Below are positions 49,443-61,017 of a stretch of 64,000 nt of DNA, piece by piece (positions within the stretch are counted from its first letter, which is position 1; each line of letters begins with the position of its first letter). Made by a program: the position numbers and the translations under genes. The stretch comes from Squalus acanthias (Eukaryota), in NCBI GenBank assembly GCA_030390025.1, contig CM059431.1:120034001-120098000 (forward strand), in the 5' to 3' direction. The notes beneath the pieces are model-generated. The model was not told the DNA's origin. It ran no database searches and was given only the letters and a program-made list of their open reading frames with translations.

Positions 49443-50449
49443 GGCCGCGATCTCGCCGGCGTTCAGAGGGCGGGTTTGGAGGCAGGTCAGAGGTTAAAGT
49501 CGTTTTGATTGACAGCGGGTTCCGCACCCATCGTCAACCCGCCTCCACACAACCTTCCCAAGTGTCGGGTCCCCAATTTGCGAATGGACCCGATACCTAG
49601 CGGCGGGAAATGGATTAAAGGCAATTAACTGCCTATTAACAGGTACTTGTGAGCAATTTTCAGGGTCTTTTTTGATTTTCCAGCTTCTGTGTCGGGTTTT
49701 ACGACATCCGGACAACACGCCAGGTAAGTGTGGTGTGTTGTGAGTCTGGCCTGATGTTTGTGAAAAGGTGACAGCTGCAGAAGTGGTGTCAAGGATGCCA
49801 TGTTGCACATGGTGAGTTTCAGAGCAAAGAAAATGTTGGTTACTGCATTTTTAACTGCAGATTTCACTGTATGACAACACAATACCAGAAACTTCACATG
49901 GGCATCGGCTAAACCTCTCCAGTGCCCACCCTTGTGTGTTGTTAGTTGGTATGCTTGCAGTAGAATGAGGGTGATTGTGAGGGGTGGCTAGTGAGATGGG
50001 GAAGTGATAAAGTAGATAGAGAGAGTTGAGTGGAGGTGCAAGGTAAGTTGGTGTCCTGGGGAGGTCTCTTCCGCTCTTGGAAGGGAAGAGAACCTCCCTG
50101 CATAACGTGACTCCCTCCATAAGCATATGGAGGGAGTCATTGGAGAGCTTGGGTGAAAGGGTTCACCTTTGTACAGTGATTGTCAGTGTTTGCAGCACCT
50201 CAATGCCGTCAAATACTGAAAACTCAACTGTCAAAATAAAATTGTGCATGGTCCCTTTAAGGAAACCGGCAGATGGTGCATCATCAAATGACATCATTAG
50301 ACCCGCTTCCTGTTAATTGGCTGGGTGGGCTTAACAAGGCCAATCAAGGGAAAATCACATCTGCAGAGTGGAGGCAGCTGGGGGCAGGACTGAAACCCTG
50401 AAACCAGCTGACCTGCACCCATCCCGACACCGATGAGAAAATCGCGGCC
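49443..50449. mobile_element. Non-autonomous Harbinger derivative with a Myb-exon remnant
   Basis: TIR ggccgcgat / atcgcggcc; TSD AAA; CREVLFP remnant on -; homolog at 56781-57640. Confidence 0.75.
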
Positions 50450-50698
50450 AAAGTTACTCAAAACCCCTCTGCATTAATAGTCCCTGTTACATCTTTCAGC
50501 ACTTCCTTAATTCTGTATTAAAGAACATTGAAACCATTCAGCCAACTTTTATATCACTGACATACTGACAATGCAGTCTCAGAAGCTGCTGTGAAAAAGA
50601 CACTGCAGAAAAAATGCCAAAAGTGATAAAGGTGATTAATTTAATGCCAAACACAATAACTGCTTTGAATTGATTTCTCACACAAGTGTAAACCCATA

Positions 50699-51471
50699 GG
50701 ACTAGAAATTTGGCTCCTTTGCGCCTGCCATTAGCGCCTCCGGGGGTGGGGGGACGCTAACGGGGCGCAAAGGGCTTATCGCCCAGAGGGGGGGGCCAAA
50801 AAAGCGCTGAGAAATTCGGTGGGCCGTTGCTGAGGCACTACCCAATAGCATCACGCCCCCGCCGGTAGCGCCCCGGGCCACTGCGTCACTGGTGATGACG
50901 TCATGGCCGTGTGTCGTGACCTCTTACCGCCCCGCGGCAGAAATGTCAGTGCCAGCCTCGCGGGTCGCGAACTGGGCTGACCTCCACTAGCGGGGCGGTA
51001 TTTAAAGGGGAGGTGCGGCCGCGACCCGCGCCGCCATTTTCTTTTTTTTGTCGATCTCCAGTTCGGCCCACCATGGTGGGCCGTGACGTGGTCCTGGCTG
51101 CCATCATGCAGCCAGGCACCGCGTCTCAGTGCTGGGCTGCTGCCATGGCACCACACTGCCCTGGTGGCCTAGTGTGGGCCATCGGAGGCCCTGCAGATTG
51201 CGCAGCATCCCGCCCCTTTAACTGAAAGGGAGGAGCGTTGAAACGCAGCAGCACTCCGTGGAGCCTCTGCCGAGTGCTGACGATCACACCACAACATCGC
51301 ATTCAGTTACCGCCCCACCAGGAAGTGGAGCATCCGCCATTGCGCCCCACTTCCTGAGCGGGGCGGTAAGCCGAATTTAGCAGCCGGGGCGGTACTTCCG
51401 CGCCGGGTGCTAAATGTCCAGACTTTACTCGGTTACCACCCCCAAACGGGGCATAACCGAATTTTGCACCC
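50699..51471. mobile_element. GC-rich Harbinger-like MITE
   Basis: Imperfect TIR; TSD ATA; related to 35582-36235. Confidence 0.7.
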
Positions 51472-52224
51472 ATAGTGCCTTTCTTAAAGAAGGTTTCCTC
51501 ACTCTATAACTCCTGCAAGGTGCTCCTCCAGTGACTTCCAGCAGAGCTGGTGGAAGGCTGCTAATGCTCATGTTGGTACCCTTGAAATGCTTGTGGGCGG
51601 TGACTTTTGTGAGCGGAAGCCTGAGAGGGCCCAGCTGTAGATTGTAGTACTTCAGCTGCTGCAGGGGCAGCCTGGCCCACCTGGCTTTGTGGCACCATAT
51701 CAGGTACTGGTTGAGGGATTGGTAAGGGAGCGGGCGTGCTGACATCCTGAGAGATGGCAACGTGTGCTGCTACTATTGCACCACTGTCACTTCCATGGGG
51801 CTGTGGCTCAACACACTCCTACTGATCTGCTGGAGAGTATACTGTAGAAGATGAGTGATGCCTTCAAAGCCCCTCGCTATCTCAACAACAGCAACTTGCA
51901 TTTATATCTCCAAGGTGGAGCATACGTTGGAGCCCAGATTCTAGATGGCAGCCATTTGAGCTGGTATCATAGACTCCTCATGCAAGGGCCCAACTGCAGC
52001 TACCCTGGAGGTGGCCACACACTCCAAGGTAGATTGCAAAGTGTTGATGCCTCATGACAGGAAGCCACACAAGCTGGAAGCAGATTCCTCCACACTTTCA
52101 ACAATGGTACGGGAACTTCCCGGCTGTTCCTGTCAAAACTACCTGCTCCTGCTCACTTGTTATGGATGCATCACCGAGTGCAGACCCATCTAACTCACTG
52201 CCCAACCCATTTGGGGTGCCAATA

Positions 52225-52563
52225 TTATGTGCCCTTGTGATTCGTGGAGAAAGATGTGAGGTAGAGAAGGGAATTGTTCAGGGTTCTGGGGAAAGTAGGG
52301 AAGGACTGTTGCCAAGTGCTATCAAGAGAAATGGAGAAATAAAGACCTGTACCCACTCTTGATGCTTTTGTCCAGTCATTGTAGCATTTCCGACATTGAA
52401 TCCAGGTTCTGGGGGTGATGCTCCAGGAACTGACCAGGTGCAGCCTCTCACCAAGCCTGGTGTTGTATGTTTTGGGAATCTTCTTCCCACTGATAGGAAA
52501 CAGAACATGCATCCTTTCTCCCATCTCTTCCTCTAAGACCTCCAGGGAGGCATCAGAGAACAC
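52225..52563 (-). pseudogene. Harbinger Myb/SANT-like exon remnant
   Basis: FSDASLEVL...HVLFP...PRTWIQCRKCYND. Confidence 0.8.
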
Positions 52564-55267
52564 ACAAATAAGGCCCGGGAGTTAAAATCAATTGGGCCTC
52601 AAACTGATAATGTTGGATGGGTGTGATGCTCGGCCTACACTGGTCTGCCCGAAACCCGGTTGTAGCTAAAATCCCCACACCACCGAGTGCCTGACATGGG
52701 AACAGTTCCGTTCAAACAGCATAAATATACTAGACATATTCACCTTTTTCATGAAAAAAATTGTATCTACTTTTAATTAAGAAAAAAAAATGTTTTCACT
52801 ATGTATGGTAAACGTATTCATCCTTATCTCTTTGAAGGGATTAAGGTCATGGTAAATCCAGATCAAATTAGGGTAATTTATGCCCTAAAAGTAATTTCAG
52901 ATATTAATTGCTTAAAATTTTAAAAGTAATTTTAATGTACCTTTTGCGTGGTGCATGTTTATTAGCTTAGGAAAAGGGAAAAAAAGCAATTCTTAAGATT
53001 GTAAGAAGCAAAGTGTTTTACAATGGCACAGAAATGTTCAAACTAACCATTGGACAAAGGGGATACAGTGGAACCTCTACCATCTCCTGATGAATAATGG
53101 AAATGAGCAGCAATCTAGAGTGGCAAATTTTGGTTTTACATATAAGACAGCAATTCTCTAGGTAGTGCAATACAAATAACATTAATTAAATGTAACCTTT
53201 CTTTGGCTGTGCAGTTGATTATATGCCAGACAGGAAGAGCTTGGCATTAGTGGGCTGTTTAATGAGGCAGGATCGCGTGCAAGGCTTTGTCCCATGAAAA
53301 CTTTTGTGGATAATTGTCCCTATTTAGAATGCAGGTAATGGATTCACTGCAAATTGCTTCCTTAAATAGTCTCTGTCTGTCCCTCTCACACCAATGAAGA
53401 ACTAACATTGAATATAGTGCTGAATTACTTTATATAAACAAAACAGACATCTTACACTCTGCAGATGAGATAAAGTAACCAGATCCATTGCGATTTTTGA
53501 GATGCTTCTGGCCCTCCCTTTTCTACTGCTGTGGTGATAGATTTTAAGTAAATACATTTTGTGAGATACAACAATCTTTGTAGTAAATGTTTTGGCAGAG
53601 CTTCATTAGCAAGTTTCAAGATAGGAATAGGCCATTCAGCCCCTCGGGCCTATACCGCCATTCTGTTAGATCAGGCCTGATCTGTAGCTTAATTCCATCC
53701 AACTGCCTTGCTTGCGCAACCCATAATCCCTTGGCTAACAAAAATCTATCAATCTGTTTTTACATTTTTAATTGACCTAGCCTCAACAGCATTTTGGAGG
53801 AGAGAGTTACAGATTCCACTACTCTTTGTGTGAAGAAGTTCTTCCTGACATCACCCCTGAATGGCCCAGTCTCCAATATTAAATTTATGCCTCCTTGTTT
53901 CGGACTTCCCCACCAGAGAAAATAGTTTCTCTCTATTTACCCTATCTACTCCCTTAATCATCCTAAACACGGCAATTAGATCATCCCTTAATCTTCCATA
54001 CTCAGGGGAATAGAACTCTAGTCTATGCCACCTGGCCTCATAATTTAACCCTTTTAGCCCCAGTTTCATTGTGGTGAATCTGCACTGCATCCCCTCCAAG
54101 GCCAATATATCCTTCCTGAGATGCTGTGCCCAGAACTGAATGCAGTATTCTCAATGGGGTCTAACCAGAGCTTAATACAACTGTCACATAACTTCAACCC
54201 CTTTGTATTCCAGCCCCATTGAGATAAAGGCCAACATTCCAATAGCCTTTATGATTGTTTTTGAACCTGTCCTCTAGCTTTTAGTGATTTCTGTACTTGG
54301 ATCCCTAAACCTCTCTGCTCCTCCACAGTTCCTAGCTTCACACCATTTAGAAAATTATCTAATCTATCTTTCTTAGGTTCAAAGTGGATGACCTCACACT
54401 TCCCCACATTGAACTCTGACTGCCACAGTTTTGCCCACTCACTTAATCTATCAATGTCCATTTGCAAATTTCTGCTCCCATCTACATTATATACTGTGCT
54501 TCCAAACTTGGTGTCATCAGCAAACGCAGATCAATGGCTCTCTATTCTTTCATCCAAGTTATTTATAAATATAGTGAAAAGTAGAGACCCCACTATAGAT
54601 CGCTGGGGGACACCACTAGACACATCCTGCTAATTGGAGTACATACCCATAATGCCGACACTCTGTTTCCTATCTCCTAACCAATTCCCCACGCATGTCA
54701 AAAGGTTGCCTCCAATTCCATGTACTCTCATTTTTGTTAACAGTCTCTTGTGTGGAACCTTATTGAATGCCTATAGAAGTCAATATAAATAGCATCCATA
54801 GAAACTCCCTTATCTACCACGTTCGTTACCTCCTCAAAAAATTCAACTAGGTTTGTTAGACATGCCATTTAGAAATCTGTGCTGGCTCTCTTTGATCAGT
54901 TCGTATTTGTCCAAATGCTCAGCCACTCTGTCCCTAATAACAGATTCTAGTAACTTCCCAACAACAGATGTTAGACTAATAGGTCTATAATTTCCTGGTT
55001 TATCTCTCCTAACCTTCTTAAATAATGGAGTGATATTGGCAATTTTCCAGTCCAAGGGGTCAATTCCTGAATCAAGAGAGTTTTGGAAGATCATGATTAG
55101 AGCATCTACAATTTCCTCACCTACTTCTTTTAATACCTTGGGGTGGAAACCATCAGGTCCTGGAGATTTGCCTATCATAAGTCTCAATAATTTCTCCATT
55201 ACCTTTTTTTTTACTTATATTAAATCTACTAAGTTCCTCCCCTTGAAATAATTTTAGTTTTCCTTGT

Positions 55268-56478
55268 ATAGGAACATGAGAACATGAGCCTGTTCAATGA
55301 GATCATGGCTGATCTGCGACCTAACTCCATATACCCGCCTTTGTCCCTTATCCCTTAATACCTTTGGTTAATAAAAATCTATGAATCTCAGGTTTAAAAT
55401 TAACAATTGATCTAGCATCAATTGCCGTTTGCAGAAGAGAGTTCCAAAATTCTACCACCCTTTGTGTGTAGAAGTATTTCCTAATTTCACTCCTGAAAGG
55501 TCTGGCTCTAATTTTTACATTATGCTCCCTGGTCCAAGACTTCCCAACCAGCAGAAATAGCTTCTCTCTATCTACCCTATCTGTTCCCCTTAATATCATG
55601 AAAACGTCAATCAAATCACCCCTTAACCTTCTAAATTCCAGGGAATACAACCATTGTTTGTGTCATCTCTCCTCTTAATTTAACCTCTGGCATCCGGGTA
55701 TCATTCTGGTAAACCTACGCTGCACTCCCTCCAAAGTTATATATCCTTCCTAAGGTGTGGTGCCCAGAACTGCTCACAGTACTCCAGGTGTGGTCTAACC
55801 AGGGCTTTGCATAGCTGTAGCATAACTTCTACCCCTTTGTATTCTCATCCTCTAGATATAAAGGCCAGCATTCCATTAGCCTTTTTGAGTATTTTCTATA
55901 CCTGTTCATTAAATTTTAATGATCTATGAACGCGGACCCCCAAGTCTCTTTGGACCTCCACTGTTTTTAGCTTTTCACCATTTAGAAAGTACCTGTTCTG
56001 TCCTTTTTAGGTCCAAAGTGAATGATCTTACATTTGCCTACATTGAAATCAATTTACCACAGTTTTGCCCATTCACTTAATCTATCAATATCTCTTTGTA
56101 ATTTTATGCTTTCATCTACACTGCCTATCTTTGTGTCATCAGCAAATTTGGATATGTGGCTTTCTATCCCATCATCTAAGTTATTAAATAATACAGTGAA
56201 TAGCTGAGGCCCCAACGCAGATCCCTGTGGGACACCACTAGTCACATCCTGCCAATTAGAGTACCTGCCCATTTATCCCTACACTCTGTCTCCTGCCACT
56301 CAGCCAATTTCCTAAACAGGTCAATTCAATTTCTTGGGCTTCAACCTCAATTAATAGTCTCTTATGAGGGACTTTATCAAATGAGGTCCATGTAAATAAC
56401 ATCCATAGACATTCCCCTGTCCACTACTTTAAGCACCTCTTCAAAAAATTCAATCAGGTTTGTCAGGTATGGCCTACC
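55268..56478 (-). mobile_element. Nested 5'-truncated CR1
   Basis: New 3' tail gaacatgagaacatg; ORFs 55348..55650 and 56054..56272 (GVPQGS, FADD). Confidence 0.85.
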
Positions 56479-56780
56479 TTGCCAGTAAGTATCTCTAGTA
56501 CTTTATCCTCATCATCTACTGTGAAGACCAATACAAAGTAAGTATTTAGCTGGTCTGCCATTTCCTAATTTTCAATTACAATATCACCTGTGTCTGTCTT
56601 TAAGGGGCCCACATTAATTTTAGCCACCCTCTTTCTCTTAATATACTTTTAAAAACCTTTAGTTTTGCCCTTGATATCCCTCACAGGTTTTTCCTCGTGT
56701 TCCCTTTTTGCAGCTCTTACTTTGTACCTTTGGCAAATTTGGATATGTGGCTTTCTACATATCCTGTTGCTGTACTTTAT

Positions 56781-57640
56781 GGCCGCGTTTTTCGGTCCGA
56801 GGTGGCTTGGGAGCAGGACAGCTGCCTTCCGGGTTCCAGACCCGCCCCCAATGACATCTGACGCACAGACGCAATTTTGCGTCAATTGGCCTTGTTAAGC
56901 CCGCCCTGTGGGCTTGCCGGCCAATTAAGAGGAAGCCGGTGTCAGATGATGTCAGTTGATGATGCGTCATCTGCTAGTTTTCTTAAAGGGGCCACGCACA
57001 ATTTTTTTTGACAGCTCATTTCTCAGTGTTTGACAGCATTGAGGTGCTGCAAACACTGACAATCACTAAGCTCTTGCACCAAGGCTCTCCAGTGACTCCC
57101 TCCTTAGGCTAGAACAGATGGCAGCTGCAGGTGAGGTTACAGAAGTGATCTGTCACTGGTGAGAGAGGTTCTCCCACTGAGGTGGGACTATATATACAAT
57201 CCAAAACTTGTCACCTACAGAAACATCTAATGCATTAAAAATGATTTTCCCAACATTTTCTTCTGAAACTCACTAGTGCACCATTGGCTCCTTCACACCA
57301 CTTCTGCAGCTGTCATCAATGCAGAAACATTACAGTAGACCCACAGCACACCACACTTACTTGGCGTGGTGTCCGGATGTCGGGAAGCCAGCAGTAGACC
57401 TGTCAAAATTGCAAAAAGCCTCGTAACTGCCTGTTAACAACCTGTTAACAAGCAGTTAAGTGGCTATAATCCTCTTCCCGCCGCTAGGTGTCGGGTCCAT
57501 GCACAAATCGGGGTCCCGACACCGGGGAAGATTGTTTGGAGGTGGGTTGACAGCGGGTTTCCGACCTGCTGTCAATATTTGCGATTTTGCCAGAATTCCC
57601 ACCTCCAAACCCGCCCCCTGAGCGCTGGCAAAATTCCCCC
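56781..57640. mobile_element. Non-autonomous Harbinger-like element inside CR1
   Basis: Reverse-complement similarity to 49443-50449; ends ggccgcg / aaattccccc. Confidence 0.7.
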
Positions 57641-58914
57641 CATACCTCTTCCAGTCCGCGGCATCTCTACTGTTCTTTGCCTTTTGATAAGCCCTTTCTT
57701 TTAGTTTCATACTATCTCTCACAACTACTTTTGATCAAGGTTGTTTAGTTACACAAGCAGAGCTCCTGCCCATTTGGGGGGTGTGCAGGTCTTGTATTCT
57801 ACCAAATACTTCTTTGAACATCTCCCACTGTTCATCTGTAGTTTTATCCTTTAATAGTTCTGTCCAGTCTACTGTGGATAATTTCTGCTTCATCCCTCCA
57901 AATTTCACCTTACCTAAATTTAAAACCTTAGTTTGTGACTCACCCTTCGCCCTCTCAAACCTAATATTGAATTCAGTCATGTTGTGGTCACTGTTCGCTA
58001 GATGTTCCCTTACTGTTAGATTGCCCACCTGGTGGACAACCGAATGGTAAGTTAGACCAGGTAGTCCACCTGGTATAATTTGCTGCAGTGGGAAAATCTT
58101 TCTTTTACCTAAGATTCCAATTTCTCAACTCTCTCTCTCTCTCTCTCTTTATCTCTCTCGCTCTTTCAGTAGTATTTAACTGTTACCAGATAGTAAAAGT
58201 ATTGTTACTGTGATCAATCGTGTGTAGCAAGCAACTACTATGACAAGTAGTTGGCTGGCTAGTAAGTTAAAATGTTCTTATGGATGAATCAAAAGTCATT
58301 ATTTGATTCCACAATGAAATATGGCCATATTGTATTAATTGACAACTTACTTTGTGATGTTAAGAAACAAGTTTTGTTTTCTCCAATCATTTTAAGCAAT
58401 CCTTTCAAACATGATTACATAAAAATGTTGAGGGCCTGTTCAGAGATAGTTAGGCTAATAGACCTGAGCATTTCTATGACGCACAAATTAGAGCTATTTT
58501 TTGGCTGCTAGTTACTTGTACCCAGCCAATTGTTCATGAGACAAAAATATATCGGATAGATCAAAAATTGGCTCTTCTCTCCACATTCAGAATTCTCAAA
58601 GGGAGTTTCAAACAATGTACACTGTAGATGAAATAAATATACAAATAAAAATAATTTAGCAAAGGAGGATAGCATGCAGAAAGAATAAAAAAAGAAAGAA
58701 AGAATTGTATTTATATTGCACCTTTCACGACTTCTGGACATCCCAAAGCACTTTACAGCCAATTAAGTAATAAAGGGAGTAGAAGAGGAAAATGAAATTG
58801 ATCAGTTATAAGTGAGGATAAGACTGAGATAAAGAAATAAGGGGATCAATTTTCATTGCCTTCGCCTGGCATAAACAGGATGGTAATGTCCTCAAAATGG
58901 AGTTGGTAGCTTTA

Positions 58915-60627
58915 CAACAACAACAACTTGCATTTATATAGCACCTTTAACATAGTAAAACTTCCCAAGGCCCTTCACAGGAGCGTTATTGGACAGATTT
59001 GACACTGAGCCACATAAGGAGATGTTAGGGCAGGTGACCAAAAGCTTGGTCAAAGAGGTAGGTTTTAAGGAGCATCTTAAAGGAGAAGAGAGAGGTGGTG
59101 AGGTGGAGAGGTTTAAGGATTGAATTCCAGAGCTTAGGGCCTTGGCAGCTGATAGCAAGACTGCCACTGGAAGGGGGGGACGAAGAAACTCAAAGATGTG
59201 CAAGGGAGCAGAATTGGAGGAACTTAGAAATCTTGGAGGGTTGTAGGGCTGGAGGAGGTTACAGAGATAGGGAGAGGCGAGGACATGGAGGGATTTGAAC
59301 ACAAGGATGAGAATGTTCAATTTGAGGCATTGCCGGACCAGGAGCCAATGTAGGTCATCAAGTACAGGGGTGATGGGTGAATGGGACTTGGTGCGAGTCA
59401 GGGTATGGGTAGCGGAGTTTTGGATGAGCTGAGGTTTACGGAAGGTGCAAGATGAGAGGCCAGCCAGGACAGCAGTGGAGTAGTCAAGTCCGAAGGTAAC
59501 AAAAGCATGGCTGAGGGTTTCAGAAGCAGATGGGCTGAGGTGGGGCGGACCCAGGCGATATTACGAAGGTGGAGATAGGCAGTTTTGCTGATGGAGAGGA
59601 TATGGGGTCGGAAACCCAGCGCAGGGTCAAATAGGATGCCGCAGTTGTGAACAGTCTGGTTCAGCTTCAGACAGTGGCCAGGGAAGGGGATGAAATCAGT
59701 GGCTAGGGAATGGCTTTGTGATGGGGGCCCAAGACAATAACTTTATTCTTATCAATATTTAATTGGAGGTAGTTACTGCTCATCCAATACTGGATGTCGG
59801 ACAAGCAATCCGACAAATCAGATGCAGTGGAAGTGTTGAGAGAGGTGGTGGTGAGGTAGAGATGGGTGTTGTCAGCCTACATGTGGAATCTGATGTTGTG
59901 TTTTCGGATGATGTCGCCGAGGGGCAGCATGTAGATGAGAAATACAAGGGACCCATGCATAGATCCTTGGGGGAGAGTCAGAGGTAATGGTGTAGGAGTG
60001 GGAAGATAAGCCATTGCAGGAGATTCTCCGGCTACGACTGGATAGATAAGAATGGAACCAAGCGAGGGCAGTCCCACCCAGCTGGACAAAGGAAAAGAGG
60101 TGTTGTATGTGGACGGTGTAGTCAACCATGTCAAAGGCTGCAGATAGGTCAGAAGGATGAGGAGAGATAGTTTATCATGCTCACAGTCACATAGGGTGTC
60201 ATTTGTGACTTTGACAAAATGAGCTTGGAGAGGGCAGGAGGGGATAGGAGAGAAACTGGAGAAAGATGCAAGTTCAGGGCTAGGGTAGGGGGGGAACCTT
60301 GGGGGAAGTTTGGCTTCATGGGCTAGGGGAAGGGAGGGATGCTGCAGAGGCAACTGAACAGATGGTCTTAATCTTAGAGACAAAGAAGTCCATTCGCTCC
60401 TCGCACTTGTTGTTGGAGGGGAGGGTGGAGGGAACTGGGGAGAGGGGTTTCAGAAGAAGGTTGGTAGTGGAGAATAGATGTCAGGGGTTATCTTTGCACT
60501 CCACAATCATCGTGGAGTAGTGAGCAGTTTTCGCAGAAGATAGCATGGCCCGATAGTGTTTTATGTAGTTCAGCCAGGTCTTGTGATGAATCGCTAAACC
60601 AGGTGTCCACCATAAATGTTCAAGTCT
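58915..60627 (-). mobile_element. L2 LINE, 5'-truncated and internally deleted
   Basis: (caa)n cttgcatttatatagc tail; VKVTNDTLC...[37 protein letters not shown]. Confidence 0.85.
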
Positions 60628-60978
60628 CCCCCAGTAACACTGGTGACGTAGCTGGCTCCATTTTTAAAGGGGCCTACCACTGAGTGTCTAAAGCTCCTGC
60701 CTGTTACAGGCGATAAGCCCCTTTTAATATTGAAATAGGTTGTGGCGGATCGCCACCTAAACGGGCGCAATCCACTTTTCCGTCCGTGGACAATAAATCG
60801 GGCACCTTGCCTTTAAGGCGCATGCTGCCTTTAAGGCATGAAAAAAGGAGTGGGCGTGGCCCTCAGGGTTTTGCAGAGAAATGTTGTAGCAGCCATTTTA
60901 CCAAGGAGATGTAATTAAAAGCTATGTGCTCCACATATTGACTCGGCCTCAATTCGTGTTTCGCGGCAGCCACAACAT

Positions 60979-60992
60979 TGGTGACCCCGACG
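60979..60992 (+). promoter_or_regulatory. Primer binding site, tRNA-Trp
   Basis: TGGTGACCCCGACG is complementary to the tRNA-Trp 3' end CGTCGGGGTCACCA. Confidence 0.85.
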
Positions 60993-61017
60993 CTCAGAAC
61001 GTATTCCGAGCACTGCA

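Larger units (their letters stand above)
53618..58028 (-). mobile_element. Degraded CR1 LINE with a nested CR1 and a TIR element
   Basis: ORFs 53851..54105, 54249..54467, 54843..55199 and 57735..58028 (SDHNM) in ORF2 order. Confidence 0.8.

Noticed and set aside
58508..58622. Acceptor-like site and short minus-strand ORF
   Set aside because: AT-rich, adjacent to a SINE tail, peptide unrecognised
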